From an uncultured Gammaproteobacteria bacterium (GTDB taxonomy: Bacteria > Pseudomonadota > Gammaproteobacteria > Steroidobacterales > JBCCMA01): DNA of 24,456 nucleotides. This document shows, piece by piece, positions 8,929-17,892 of this stretch (its first letter is position 1; each line of letters starts with the position of its first letter). Position numbers and translations under genes: made by a program. The notes under the pieces were generated by a model. That model saw nothing but the letters and a program-made list of their open reading frames with translations. It was not told the DNA's origin and ran no database searches. The stretch covers positions 2,052 to 26,507 of the forward strand of contig CAYGSQ010000002.1 in assembly GCA_964352435.1 (NCBI GenBank). Reading direction: 5' to 3'.

Positions 8929-9582
8929 ATGTTGAGTTTGTCGCTGTTTGAAAACCCGCAGCTATCACGCGTCTTGTGTCTGGGCGCCCATTGTGACGAC
9001 GTAGAAATCGGCATGGGTGCTACGCTGTCGGCGCTGGCCGAGGCGCGACCCGACGTGCAAATCGAAATCTGTGTGCTCACAGGCAACGAGGTACGCAGTA
9101 AGGAAACGCACGCCGCGCTTGGCGACATGCTCGGCGATCATGCTCACACCAATGTCGACGTCTTTGCTTTTCGCAACGGTCACTTTCCGTGGCAGGCCAC
9201 CGAAATAAAGGCGCACATCGAGAAATACAAAGCGTTCGATCCCCAGCTGGTCTTTACCCACTACCGGCATGATCATCATCAGGATCATCGGACGGTCAGT
9301 GAGCTGACGGCCAACACGTTTCGCGACCATCTGGTGCTCGAATACGAAATTCTCAAATATGACCCCGATCTTGGCAATCCCAATGTGTTCGTCTCGCTCT
9401 CACGCGAACAACTGACGCGCAAAATTGATATCCTGATGCGGCGATTTGAAAGCCAGCTCGATAAACATTGGTTTTCGCGCGATGTGTTTGATGCACTCGC
9501 AAGCATTCGGTGTTTTCATATGGCCAGTCCATCGGTGTTTGCTGAGTCGTTTTACGCCAACAAGCTAGCGCTCTCGATTTAG
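8929..9582 (+). CDS. PIG-L/LmbE family de-N-acetylase
   Basis: LCLGAHCDDVEIG (HxDD) and THYRHDHHQDH (D-H-x-D-H) metal-binding motifs, plus LEYEI; 217 aa. Confidence 0.88.
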   Translation: MLSLSLFENPQLSRVLCLGAHCDDVEIGMGATLSALAEARPDVQIEICVLTGNEVRSKETHAALGDMLGDHAHTNVDVFAFRNGHFPWQATEIKAHIEKYKAFDPQLVFTHYRHDHHQDHRTVSELTANTFRDHLVLEYEILKYDPDLGNPNVFVSLSREQLTRKIDILMRRFESQLDKHWFSRDVFDALASIRCFHMASPSVFAESFYANKLALSI

Positions 9583-9699
9583 TGTCCTGTTGCGCCAATT
9601 CGCCGAGCTATTCCGGGCGAGTTTCTGCGCTGGCGGCCGTGTGGCTACGCGCCATGTTCTAGCGGCTTTGCGCCGCCTGCCTACACTTGGGGAGTTTAG

Positions 9700-12009
9700 G
9701 TGACCAATCAGTTGTTTTTGAGGACCGTGCAGGTCTTGTGCAGCGCGTGTACCTGTGCAATTGCATTCGCGTCTGTGGCGCAAGAAGCAGGGTTCCAATA
9801 CGAAATCATTGACCCCGCAGGTCCTGTCTCGCCTTGGGGCAAGTCGGTGGGTGATCTCAACCATGACGGTTGGACCGATATTATCATCGGTGGTCATCAG
9901 CGCCGTGCGTTTTCATTCGCGCAGCGGATTCGCAACAAGCTTGGATTGTTTGACGCCGATGCCCAGAAGGGCGAGCTGGTCTGGTACGCCTCACCCACTT
10001 GGACGAAACACACTATTTCTACCGCCTTCGCCTTGCGCACCGATGTCGAAAGTGGGGACATTGATGGAGACGGTCTGGCTGACGTTGTCGCCGTCAGCGA
10101 CCAGGGTCTCATCTGGTTTCGCGCACCGGACTGGACGCCGACGATCATCGACGAGCGCAAATTTCACGACGTTGAATTGGCCGACATGAATCTGGACGGC
10201 CAGCTCGAGATCGTCGTGCGCAACCAGAGTTTGTTTGGCTACGAGAACGGCAATGCGATCGGTATTTTCACACGCGATGGGACCGACTGGTCCGTGCAGG
10301 TGCTCAAGGCGCCGCACGGCGAGGGTCTACTGGTGCACGATCTGCACGGGGACGCCGTACCGGAGATCATCGTCAACCGTGTATTCCTGACGGGCGACCG
10401 TTCGGGCTCACCGTGGCGCCAAACGCGCTACTCGTCGTGGACCTGGCAGGATGTGTTTGTGGCTGCCGCGGACATGAACGGCGATGGGCTGACGGATATT
10501 GTGTTGTCGCCGGCCGAGTCCGAAGGGCAACGTCACCGCATCTCCTGGTTTGGTGCCGACGACGCTGAGCCGGGTCGCTGGCGGGAGCATGTCATCGATA
10601 CCGATACCGAAGCAGTCCATCATTTCGTTGGCGCAGCGGATTTCGATGGCGATGGCCATATGGATATCGCGACCGCGCAGATGACGCAGGGCGACGATCC
10701 CGACGAAGTGGCCGTCTACATCAACCAGGGTGATGGTGAACAGTTCAAGAAGTCGGTGCTTGCGACGACGGGTTCACACAGTATGCGCATCGCGGACATT
10801 GACGGTGATTTTGACCCGGACCTGATCGGCGCGAACTGGCAGAAAGACAACTATGACGGCCCATACCCGGTAGAGCTGTGGCGCAACGTGCGTGCACCCG
10901 CAACCCGCTGGCGTCGTCACGTGATCGACAACGCGCGGCCAGGCCAGGCCCTGTTTGTGTTTGCGGACGACCTTAACGGCGACGCACTTCCGGATTTGGT
11001 GAGCGGTGGCGTCTGGTATGCCAATCCAGGCAGCCTTGGTGGCACGTGGGCGCGCAGCGCGATTGGGGCCAAAGCCGAAAACGCCGCCGTCGTCGCGGAT
11101 TTCGATCGCGACGGCTACGCCGATATTTTAGCCAGTGGGTGGCGTGGCTACGGCAAGCCGTCGCTGTCGACAAAAATTTTGGCCAAATTGGGTTTGGCGG
11201 AAGATCCGTACGCAAGCACCGGTAACGTTTTTGTCTGGGCACGTAACAACGGTGACGGTCAGTTTACCGTGGTGCAAAACTTGCCTGCAGCGCAAGGGGA
11301 CTTTCTGCAAGGGGCAACGTTGTTTACGGCAGCAGGCAAACGGCAGGTTGCGTTGTCCTTTCATGGCACCGGCTCGACGCTGCAGGCCTACGTTGTGCCG
11401 GATGATCCGCTGACTGAGCGTTGGGCCGTGCGGACGATTTCGCCAGCGTCTCAAAACGAGGCCGTGTCCGCCGCCGATCTGGATGGTGACGGCGTGGTCG
11501 AGTTGATCACGGGCACACAGAGTATTGCGGTCGCTGGCGGCGCGGTGCGCACGTTGCACGAGACGTCTGCGCTACCCGATCGTCATCGCGTGGTCGACTT
11601 GAACGGTGACGGACAGCTCGATGTCGTGGTTGGCTACGAGGCGATTTCGCGCCCGGGCGTGGTCGCCTGGTATCAGCGGTCATCGGATAATCCGGACGCT
11701 CCGTGGCAAGAAAATGTTATCCGCGAGCTGGTCGGGCCGATGAGTCTTGATGCGGGCGACGTCGATGGGGACGGCGATATCGACGTGATTGTGGGTGAAC
11801 ATAATCTGGACGCGCCGTCACAGTCGCGCTTGGTCTGGCTCGAAAATCTGGATGGTGACGCGACGCGTTGGCGCTCCCACTTGTTGCATCTGGGCGATGA
11901 GCATCATGACGGGGCACAGCTGGTCGATCTCGATAAAGACGGTGATCTGGACGTGGTTTCCATTGGCTGGGGTCACCATAACGTCATCGTCTACGAAAAC
12001 CCTCAATGA
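9700..12009 (+). CDS. Secreted FG-GAP/VCBS repeat protein, two tandem beta-propellers
   Basis: GGGAG RBS, GTG start and signal-peptide-like N-terminus (...AIAFASVAQ). Thirteen Dx[N/D]xD-type Ca2+ loops: DLNHDG, DIDGDG, DMNLDG, DLHGDA, DMNGDG, DFDGDG, DIDGDF in the first half; DLNGDA, DFDRDG, DLDGDG, DLNGDG, DVDGDG, DLDKDG in the second. Confidence 0.88.
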   Translation: MTNQLFLRTVQVLCSACTCAIAFASVAQEAGFQYEIIDPAGPVSPWGKSVGDLNHDGWTDIIIGGHQRRAFSFAQRIRNKLGLFDADAQKGELVWYASPTWTKHTISTAFALRTDVESGDIDGDGLADVVAVSDQGLIWFRAPDWTPTIIDERKFHDVELADMNLDGQLEIVVRNQSLFGYENGNAIGIFTRDGTDWSVQVLKAPHGEGLLVHDLHGDAVPEIIVNRVFLTGDRSGSPWRQTRYSSWTWQDVFVAAADMNGDGLTDIVLSPAESEGQRHRISWFGADDAEPGRWREHVIDTDTEAVHHFVGAADFDGDGHMDIATAQMTQGDDPDEVAVYINQGDGEQFKKSVLATTGSHSMRIADIDGDFDPDLIGANWQKDNYDGPYPVELWRNVRAPATRWRRHVIDNARPGQALFVFADDLNGDALPDLVSGGVWYANPGSLGGTWARSAIGAKAENAAVVADFDRDGYADILASGWRGYGKPSLSTKILAKLGLAEDPYASTGNVFVWARNNGDGQFTVVQNLPAAQGDFLQGATLFTAAGKRQVALSFHGTGSTLQAYVVPDDPLTERWAVRTISPASQNEAVSAADLDGDGVVELITGTQSIAVAGGAVRTLHETSALPDRHRVVDLNGDGQLDVVVGYEAISRPGVVAWYQRSSDNPDAPWQENVIRELVGPMSLDAGDVDGDGDIDVIVGEHNLDAPSQSRLVWLENLDGDATRWRSHLLHLGDEHHDGAQLVDLDKDGDLDVVSIGWGHHNVIVYENPQ

Positions 12010-12180
12010 GGTGATCCGGCTCGCATTGTCGCTATTCATTAGGGGGGCGTACTACTTCGAGCAGGCGGCCAACGGCAATAGCTGCTATACCTAAAGTAGA
12101 TAAAAGCGTGTGCGGCCCTGCCGCAGCACAACGCGCGGCCCGTCTCGATTTGTCGAAAGATTTGCTTTGGGGAGCTTCAA

Positions 12181-15100
12181 ATGATCTACGCAGCTGCACG
12201 CGACGTTCGTCGCGGATTGCTTTTCTTGTCGATTTTGTGTGGTTTTTTCGCGCTGTCGCTCACGGCAGCGGCGGCTGATGTGGCCTCTCTTGGCGTGGTG
12301 ACGTCCGATTTGGCCAAGTCGCCAAGTGCCGATGCAGGTCATAGTCAGACTGCTGTTATCGGTCAACGTGTCGTGCTCGATGCGACGTCGTCAATCAATC
12401 CGGCAGGCGATGCGTTGGGCTATGTGTGGACGCTGCAAGCCCCGGCCGGCAGCGGTGCAATACTCGACGACCCAACAAGTCCGCGCCCCTCTTTTGTCGT
12501 CGACCTGCTTGGCGACTACGCGGCAACGCTTGTGGTTGGTAACCAAAAATACCGCAGCGCACCGGCGCAGGTTGCGGTCAGCACCGGCAACGTCGCGCCC
12601 GTCGCGGACGCAGGCGCCGATCAACACGCCTGGGTTGGCCAAAGCGTTACGCTTGATGCCGGACAGTCTTTCGACGCGAATGGCGATGCACTGGCGTTCG
12701 TTTGGGCGGTGCGTGAGGCACCGACACACAGTCGCGCGTCAGTCGCGGATCCTCGCGGCGCAAACACAAGCTTCGTCCCTGATGTGCCGGGAAATTATGT
12801 GCTGGAGCTGTTTGCACACGATGGCAATCAACGGGGCGCACTTGATCTGGTCACGCTCAGTACCGTTGATGCACCGCCCCAGGTCAATGCGGGTGACGAT
12901 CGCAGAGCCTTCACCGGTCAAACGCTCCCGTTGGATGCCGGCGCTTCGTTTGATCCCGAACGACAGGCGTTGACGCACAGCTGGTCGGTGCTGCACGCGC
13001 CGGCGGGCAGTTCGGTAGCTATAGCAGGTGCCGGAGGCGAACGGGCCAGTCTGCGTCCCGACGTACCCGGTCTTTACGTCGTGCAGCTTACGACCAGTGA
13101 CGGTCGTCATCCCGACGCTTTCGACACCGTTGTGATCGATGTCGCCCGTGCGGCGCATGGCGGGATTTCCCAAACACGTGGTGGCACGGGTCTGGATACG
13201 GACGGCGACGGTATCCCCGACGATGTGGATAACTGCGCCGAGCTATTTAATCCCACGCAGCTGGATACCAATGGTGATGGCTACGGCAACCGCTGTGACG
13301 CTGATTTGGATAACGATGGTTTTATCACCAACTTTGGTGATCTCGGTTTGCTGAGGCTCGCGTTTTTCTCTAGTCCCGGTGCGGCGAACTGGAACCCCGA
13401 TGCCGACTTTAACGAGGACAATGTCGTCAACTTTATTGACCTTGGCATCATGCGGACGTTTTTCTTCGGTCCACCCGGGCCAATCGCGGTGACCTTCATC
13501 AACCCGGCTGGCGGTAGCTGGCACGATCCGGCCAACTGGTTGCCGCCGGTTGTGCCAACCACCGTGCACACCGTGCGGATTGATCTGGATCCGGGGGTGG
13601 TCGTTGAGTATTCCACCGGCGATAGCGAGATTGCGGGCATTCGTACAACCAGTCCTGTGTTGCTGTCGGGTGGCTCGTTGAGTGTGGCGGGAAATGCACA
13701 ATTCAATGCTGATCTGACAATCGACGGGGCGACGCTGGAGAATGCCAATATTCTCGCCTCCGTGGCGCAGCCGGCGCCGACTATTCGTGCTGCCGCGGCC
13801 ACGCTGTCAACCTTCGATGCTGTAACCCTTGCGGCACGACTGGAGATTGAGCCGGGGGCGACGCTGAACGTTTTGGGTGGACTGACCTTGAACGGTGGGC
13901 AGATCGATCTGATCAGCGATAACAATTTCACGCAGCTTCAGTTTTCAGGGTCCAATGGCAGCAGTTCTACCTTGGGTGGTATTGGTGAGATTGTCTTCGG
14001 TGGCACGACGGCCCTCGACAATCGAAACCGCGTGGTCGTTTCAAGCACCAACCACGATTTAGTCATTGAGCCTGACGTATTGATTCGCAACGGCACGGCG
14101 GGTGGCCAGGTTCTGACCACCGGTTTGAACGGCGTCACCTTGCAAGGCATCGTGCGTGCATCATTGCCCGGCCGATCAATCGCGCTCAATGCGAGACCCT
14201 TGACGATCAACGGTACGCTTGAGGTTTCGAACGATAGCTTGTTGGTGGCGACATTCACCGACGTGGGCGGCGCGGTCGGTGCGGGCGCCACGGTCACGGT
14301 CGATACGGGCGAGCTGGAACTGCGCGGGGACTTTGTCAGCAGCGCTGACATGACGATTGCCAATGGCACGCTGGATCTCGGCAATGCGCTCAGCGATATG
14401 TGGATGAATGCTGGTTCTATTACGCTAACCGATGGATTGCTTCAGGCCGGCGGCAGTTTTGACACGACGGCCATTGGCGCCATGACCGGCACGGGTCAAT
14501 CAATTATCGACGGCGCGTTTGATAACTCAGGTCAGTCTACAGATCTGGAGGCATTGTTTCCCGGTGCCGTTTCATTCGCCACCGGCGGTTCAATTATTGG
14601 CGGCTCGCTCGTTACGTCGCCGCTGCTGTTGCCACGCAACCAGAATTTCGAACTGGATGGGGTCACGCTATCGGTTGATCTGTTGCTCGAGCCCAATTCG
14701 ATCATGAGCGTGCGCAATGGACTGGTGCTCGACAATGCCCGAGTGACGCTGGACAGCGATAATAATTTCACGACGCTTCGCTTTGTCGGGGTTGTCGATG
14801 AAGTGGTCACACTTGGCGGCGTGGGTGAAATCGCGTTCGCAGGTACGACGCAGATCGATAATCGCAACCGCATTGCGCTTTTGTCCAGCGGTATGGAGCT
14901 CGTGATTGAGCCGGGCATTACCGTGCGCAGTACTACGGCGGCCGGTCAAATTTCGCTTAGTGCAAGCAATCAATCCCTACTCATGCGCGGTACAGTGGTG
15001 TCTGACCTCACTGGGCGCTTGATCACGTTGAGCGCTGGTTCGATGGCAATAGAGGGCACGCTCGATGTTACGAATGATGCGCGCATGCAACTGGACTTTG

Positions 15101-17892
15101 GTAGCACTGGGTCGATCATTGCGACAACGGCGTCTGTAACCGTCGATACGGGCGAGCTGGAATTTTTTGGCAGCTTTGAGAACCTGGGTACGATCAATAT
15201 TGTCGATAGCTTGTTCGACATTGGCAACAACGACGACGACGCGTGGCTGAACAGCGGCACCATTGTGCTGACTAACAGCACGCTTGAACTCGGCGGCCTG
15301 ATCACGCTAGCGGATGCCGGCACGATCACAGGCTCCGGGAATGCGATCCTGAACGGTACGCTGCTTAACACCGGACAATCGTTTGATGTCAGTTCTGTTC
15401 TCGCTGGCAACATTGAGCTTGCGACCGGCGGCTCCATTGTTGGCGGCTCGATCCTGGGCTCGCCGCTCAACATCCCCGCGCTTCAATCCTTTACGCTGGA
15501 CGGCGTGATCTTGCAAAGCGATCTGAACGTGGCGGGTGGCGCGACGGCAAGGATTGAAAATGATCTGACGCTGAATGGCGCAAACGTCAATCTCCTGAGT
15601 GACAACAATTTCACGCTGCTGTCGTTTGTGGACGGCGTGGGCGAAACCTCGCGGCTGCGTGGTACGGGCGACGTGGTGTTTGGTGGCACAACGTCGATTG
15701 ATAACCGTAACCGCTTACAGGCGGGCGGTTCAAGCAACCTTACGGTGGAGAGCGGCGTGACCATTCGTAACGGCACGGCAGGGGGCGAAGTAATCGCTTT
15801 GTCGAGCAGTGTGACTCTCACCCTGCAGGGCGCAATTGTCTCTAACCTGAGTGGCCGTGACATCACGCTGTCCGCCAACAGTCTCAACTTTGAGGGCAGT
15901 TTCGCCATCAGCAACGAGGCGATCGGCCAAATCTCTTTCGGCAACAATCCGGGCACTATTTCCGCCGGCGCCGTGCTCACGGTCAATACGGGCGAACTCG
16001 AGCTGTTTGGCGATTTCACCAACAGCGCAACGATCAGCGTGACCAACGGTCTGATTGATCTGGGCAGCACGCTCAGCGACGAATGGGTCAATGCCGGCAC
16101 GATTGCGCTGTCCGCGTCCACGGCGGAACTGGGCGGCACGTTTACGCTGGCTGATGCGGGCGACATCACCGGTGGCGACACCGTTTTAATCAACGGCACG
16201 CTCGACAATACGGGCCAGACCGTTGACCTGAATGCGGACCTGCCTGGTACGACCCAATTGGGTCAGGGTGGCACAATATTGAACGGCTCCGTTGTCGGCG
16301 GGAGTGTCGATCTCCTTGCTTTCCAGAGTTTTACGTTGGACGGCGTAACGCTGGGCGCGGACCTTAATCTCCAGGCTGGCTCGACCATGAATATCGACAA
16401 CGGCGTGACGCTCAACAATGCGGCGATTACGCTGATTAGCGACAATAACTTTACCTCGCTGAGAGTCAACGGTGGCAACGGCGACACGTCGCTGCTCACC
16501 GGAACCGGCGAGATTGTGTTTTCTGGCAGCACCGCGATCAATAATCGCAATCGGGTGTTTTTGAACGGGTCGGGTCATTCGGTCGTGGTCGATAGTGGTA
16601 TTACGCTGCGCACAGATACGGTTGGCGGCGAGCTGCGGCACTCGGCCGCGAACGGCCCATTGGTAATGCGCGGGACGATCATCTCCAACGTTGACGGTGG
16701 CGATGTAACCGTCGTTGCACAGCCACTTAACGTCGAGGGCGCGGTGCAGGTCAGCAACAATGGCCGGGCACTGATGACGTTCGGAGCGACCGGTTCGACC
16801 GTGTCTGCTGCGTCAACAATGACGGCCAATACCGGCGAAATTCAACTGTTCGGCGATGTCACTTTGGCCGGCAGCATAACGTTGACCGATGCGCTGCTCG
16901 ACATTGGCAATGCCGTGGCGGACGATTGGATCAACAGCGGTACGATCGCGCTGACGAACAGTGTTGCCGAGCTGGGCGGTACGTTGACCACCGCGGGGCT
17001 TGGTTCCATCATCGGAACCGGGGCCACTGTGATCAATGGCGTTTACGACATCACCGGTCAGACGGTCGATTTGGGCGCATCCCTGCCAGGTGCGATATCA
17101 CTCGATACCGGGGCTGTATTGACGGGTGGTCAGCTTGCTACCACGCCATTGACGGCAACCGGCAACTCAACCCTCGATGGCATGACATTGGCCAGCGATT
17201 TGACGCTGCAGCCCAGTGCGTCGCTGACAGTACTCAATGGTTTGACGCTGGCCTCAGCCAACCTGATCCTGAACAGCGACAACAACTTCACGACCGTTCG
17301 CTTTAACGGTTCTGGCGGTACCACATCTACGCTCGGCGGCTCTGGCGAAGTCGTTTTTGGGGGCAGCACAACGGTCGACAATCGCAACCGCATCCAGGTC
17401 AATACGGCAGGCCACACGCTGGACATTGCAGCCGGCATCACTTTGCGCACGGACACCGGCGGCGGCGAAGTACGTCACCTGAATAACGGCACTATCAACC
17501 TCGACGGTACGGCTATCTCCAATGTGCCCGGCCGCACGCTGACACTGCGCGCGGTGCCGCTTAACCTTGGCGGCACGTTGACGCTGGGTGCTGGTGGCAA
17601 GGCCAGCTTGTTCGAATACGCTATGGACGCTGGAACTGTCATAAACGTTGCGCTTGGCGGTACCGCCAACAACGACTTTGGCAGCTGGACAGGGACCAAT
17701 GATTTGCTGGACGGCACCTTGAACGTGTCATTGGCGAACGGCTTCTCGCCGACGGCCGGCGACGCATTTATCATTGGCAATCTGGCGAGCGATAACGGCG
17801 TATTTGATACGGTCAACCTGCCGGCACTGGGCGGCGGACTGTCGTTCCAGACGGTCTATAATCCAGCCAACGTCACGCTGGAAGTTAACTAG
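12181..17892 (+). CDS. Large secreted adhesin-like protein: 3 PKD-like domains, TSP3 + dockerin-like module, five ~280-aa beta-rich repeats
   Basis: 1903 aa; GGGGAG RBS; signal peptide (LSLTAAAA|D). Three A[D/N]AGxD/S..V.LDA..S domains (~12328-13150). DTDGDGIPDDVDNC...DTNGDGYGNRCDAD followed by paired DxNxD repeats (13195-13482). SDNNFT recurs at 13915, 14755, 15598, 16438 and 17275. Confidence 0.85.
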   Translation: MIYAAARDVRRGLLFLSILCGFFALSLTAAAADVASLGVVTSDLAKSPSADAGHSQTAVIGQRVVLDATSSINPAGDALGYVWTLQAPAGSGAILDDPTSPRPSFVVDLLGDYAATLVVGNQKYRSAPAQVAVSTGNVAPVADAGADQHAWVGQSVTLDAGQSFDANGDALAFVWAVREAPTHSRASVADPRGANTSFVPDVPGNYVLELFAHDGNQRGALDLVTLSTVDAPPQVNAGDDRRAFTGQTLPLDAGASFDPERQALTHSWSVLHAPAGSSVAIAGAGGERASLRPDVPGLYVVQLTTSDGRHPDAFDTVVIDVARAAHGGISQTRGGTGLDTDGDGIPDDVDNCAELFNPTQLDTNGDGYGNRCDADLDNDGFITNFGDLGLLRLAFFSSPGAANWNPDADFNEDNVVNFIDLGIMRTFFFGPPGPIAVTFINPAGGSWHDPANWLPPVVPTTVHTVRIDLDPGVVVEYSTGDSEIAGIRTTSPVLLSGGSLSVAGNAQFNADLTIDGATLENANILASVAQPAPTIRAAAATLSTFDAVTLAARLEIEPGATLNVLGGLTLNGGQIDLISDNNFTQLQFSGSNGSSSTLGGIGEIVFGGTTALDNRNRVVVSSTNHDLVIEPDVLIRNGTAGGQVLTTGLNGVTLQGIVRASLPGRSIALNARPLTINGTLEVSNDSLLVATFTDVGGAVGAGATVTVDTGELELRGDFVSSADMTIANGTLDLGNALSDMWMNAGSITLTDGLLQAGGSFDTTAIGAMTGTGQSIIDGAFDNSGQSTDLEALFPGAVSFATGGSIIGGSLVTSPLLLPRNQNFELDGVTLSVDLLLEPNSIMSVRNGLVLDNARVTLDSDNNFTTLRFVGVVDEVVTLGGVGEIAFAGTTQIDNRNRIALLSSGMELVIEPGITVRSTTAAGQISLSASNQSLLMRGTVVSDLTGRLITLSAGSMAIEGTLDVTNDARMQLDFGSTGSIIATTASVTVDTGELEFFGSFENLGTINIVDSLFDIGNNDDDAWLNSGTIVLTNSTLELGGLITLADAGTITGSGNAILNGTLLNTGQSFDVSSVLAGNIELATGGSIVGGSILGSPLNIPALQSFTLDGVILQSDLNVAGGATARIENDLTLNGANVNLLSDNNFTLLSFVDGVGETSRLRGTGDVVFGGTTSIDNRNRLQAGGSSNLTVESGVTIRNGTAGGEVIALSSSVTLTLQGAIVSNLSGRDITLSANSLNFEGSFAISNEAIGQISFGNNPGTISAGAVLTVNTGELELFGDFTNSATISVTNGLIDLGSTLSDEWVNAGTIALSASTAELGGTFTLADAGDITGGDTVLINGTLDNTGQTVDLNADLPGTTQLGQGGTILNGSVVGGSVDLLAFQSFTLDGVTLGADLNLQAGSTMNIDNGVTLNNAAITLISDNNFTSLRVNGGNGDTSLLTGTGEIVFSGSTAINNRNRVFLNGSGHSVVVDSGITLRTDTVGGELRHSAANGPLVMRGTIISNVDGGDVTVVAQPLNVEGAVQVSNNGRALMTFGATGSTVSAASTMTANTGEIQLFGDVTLAGSITLTDALLDIGNAVADDWINSGTIALTNSVAELGGTLTTAGLGSIIGTGATVINGVYDITGQTVDLGASLPGAISLDTGAVLTGGQLATTPLTATGNSTLDGMTLASDLTLQPSASLTVLNGLTLASANLILNSDNNFTTVRFNGSGGTTSTLGGSGEVVFGGSTTVDNRNRIQVNTAGHTLDIAAGITLRTDTGGGEVRHLNNGTINLDGTAISNVPGRTLTLRAVPLNLGGTLTLGAGGKASLFEYAMDAGTVINVALGGTANNDFGSWTGTNDLLDGTLNVSLANGFSPTAGDAFIIGNLASDNGVFDTVNLPALGGGLSFQTVYNPANVTLEVN
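13810..17600 (+). repeat. Intragenic tandem protein repeat, ~840 bp (280 aa) period, four full copies plus a truncated fifth
   Basis: SDNNFT anchors are spaced 840, 843, 840 and 837 bp. Each copy also has GTGE[I/V]VF-like and [D/N]NRNR motifs; the first four have TGE[L/I] and a WxNxG motif. Outer boundaries are approximate. Confidence 0.9.

Noticed and set aside
12010-12180. Possible c-di-GMP riboswitch in the leader of the giant adhesin gene (cctaaa and tcgaaag fragments)
   Set aside because: Fragments are in the wrong order and I could not build the GEMM P1/P2 stems; an Infernal/Rfam scan would settle it.
13810-17600. CRISPR array or recent DNA tandem duplication
   Set aside because: Repeats are in-frame protein repeats with diverged synonymous codons; no identical DNA direct repeats with spacers, and no cas genes.
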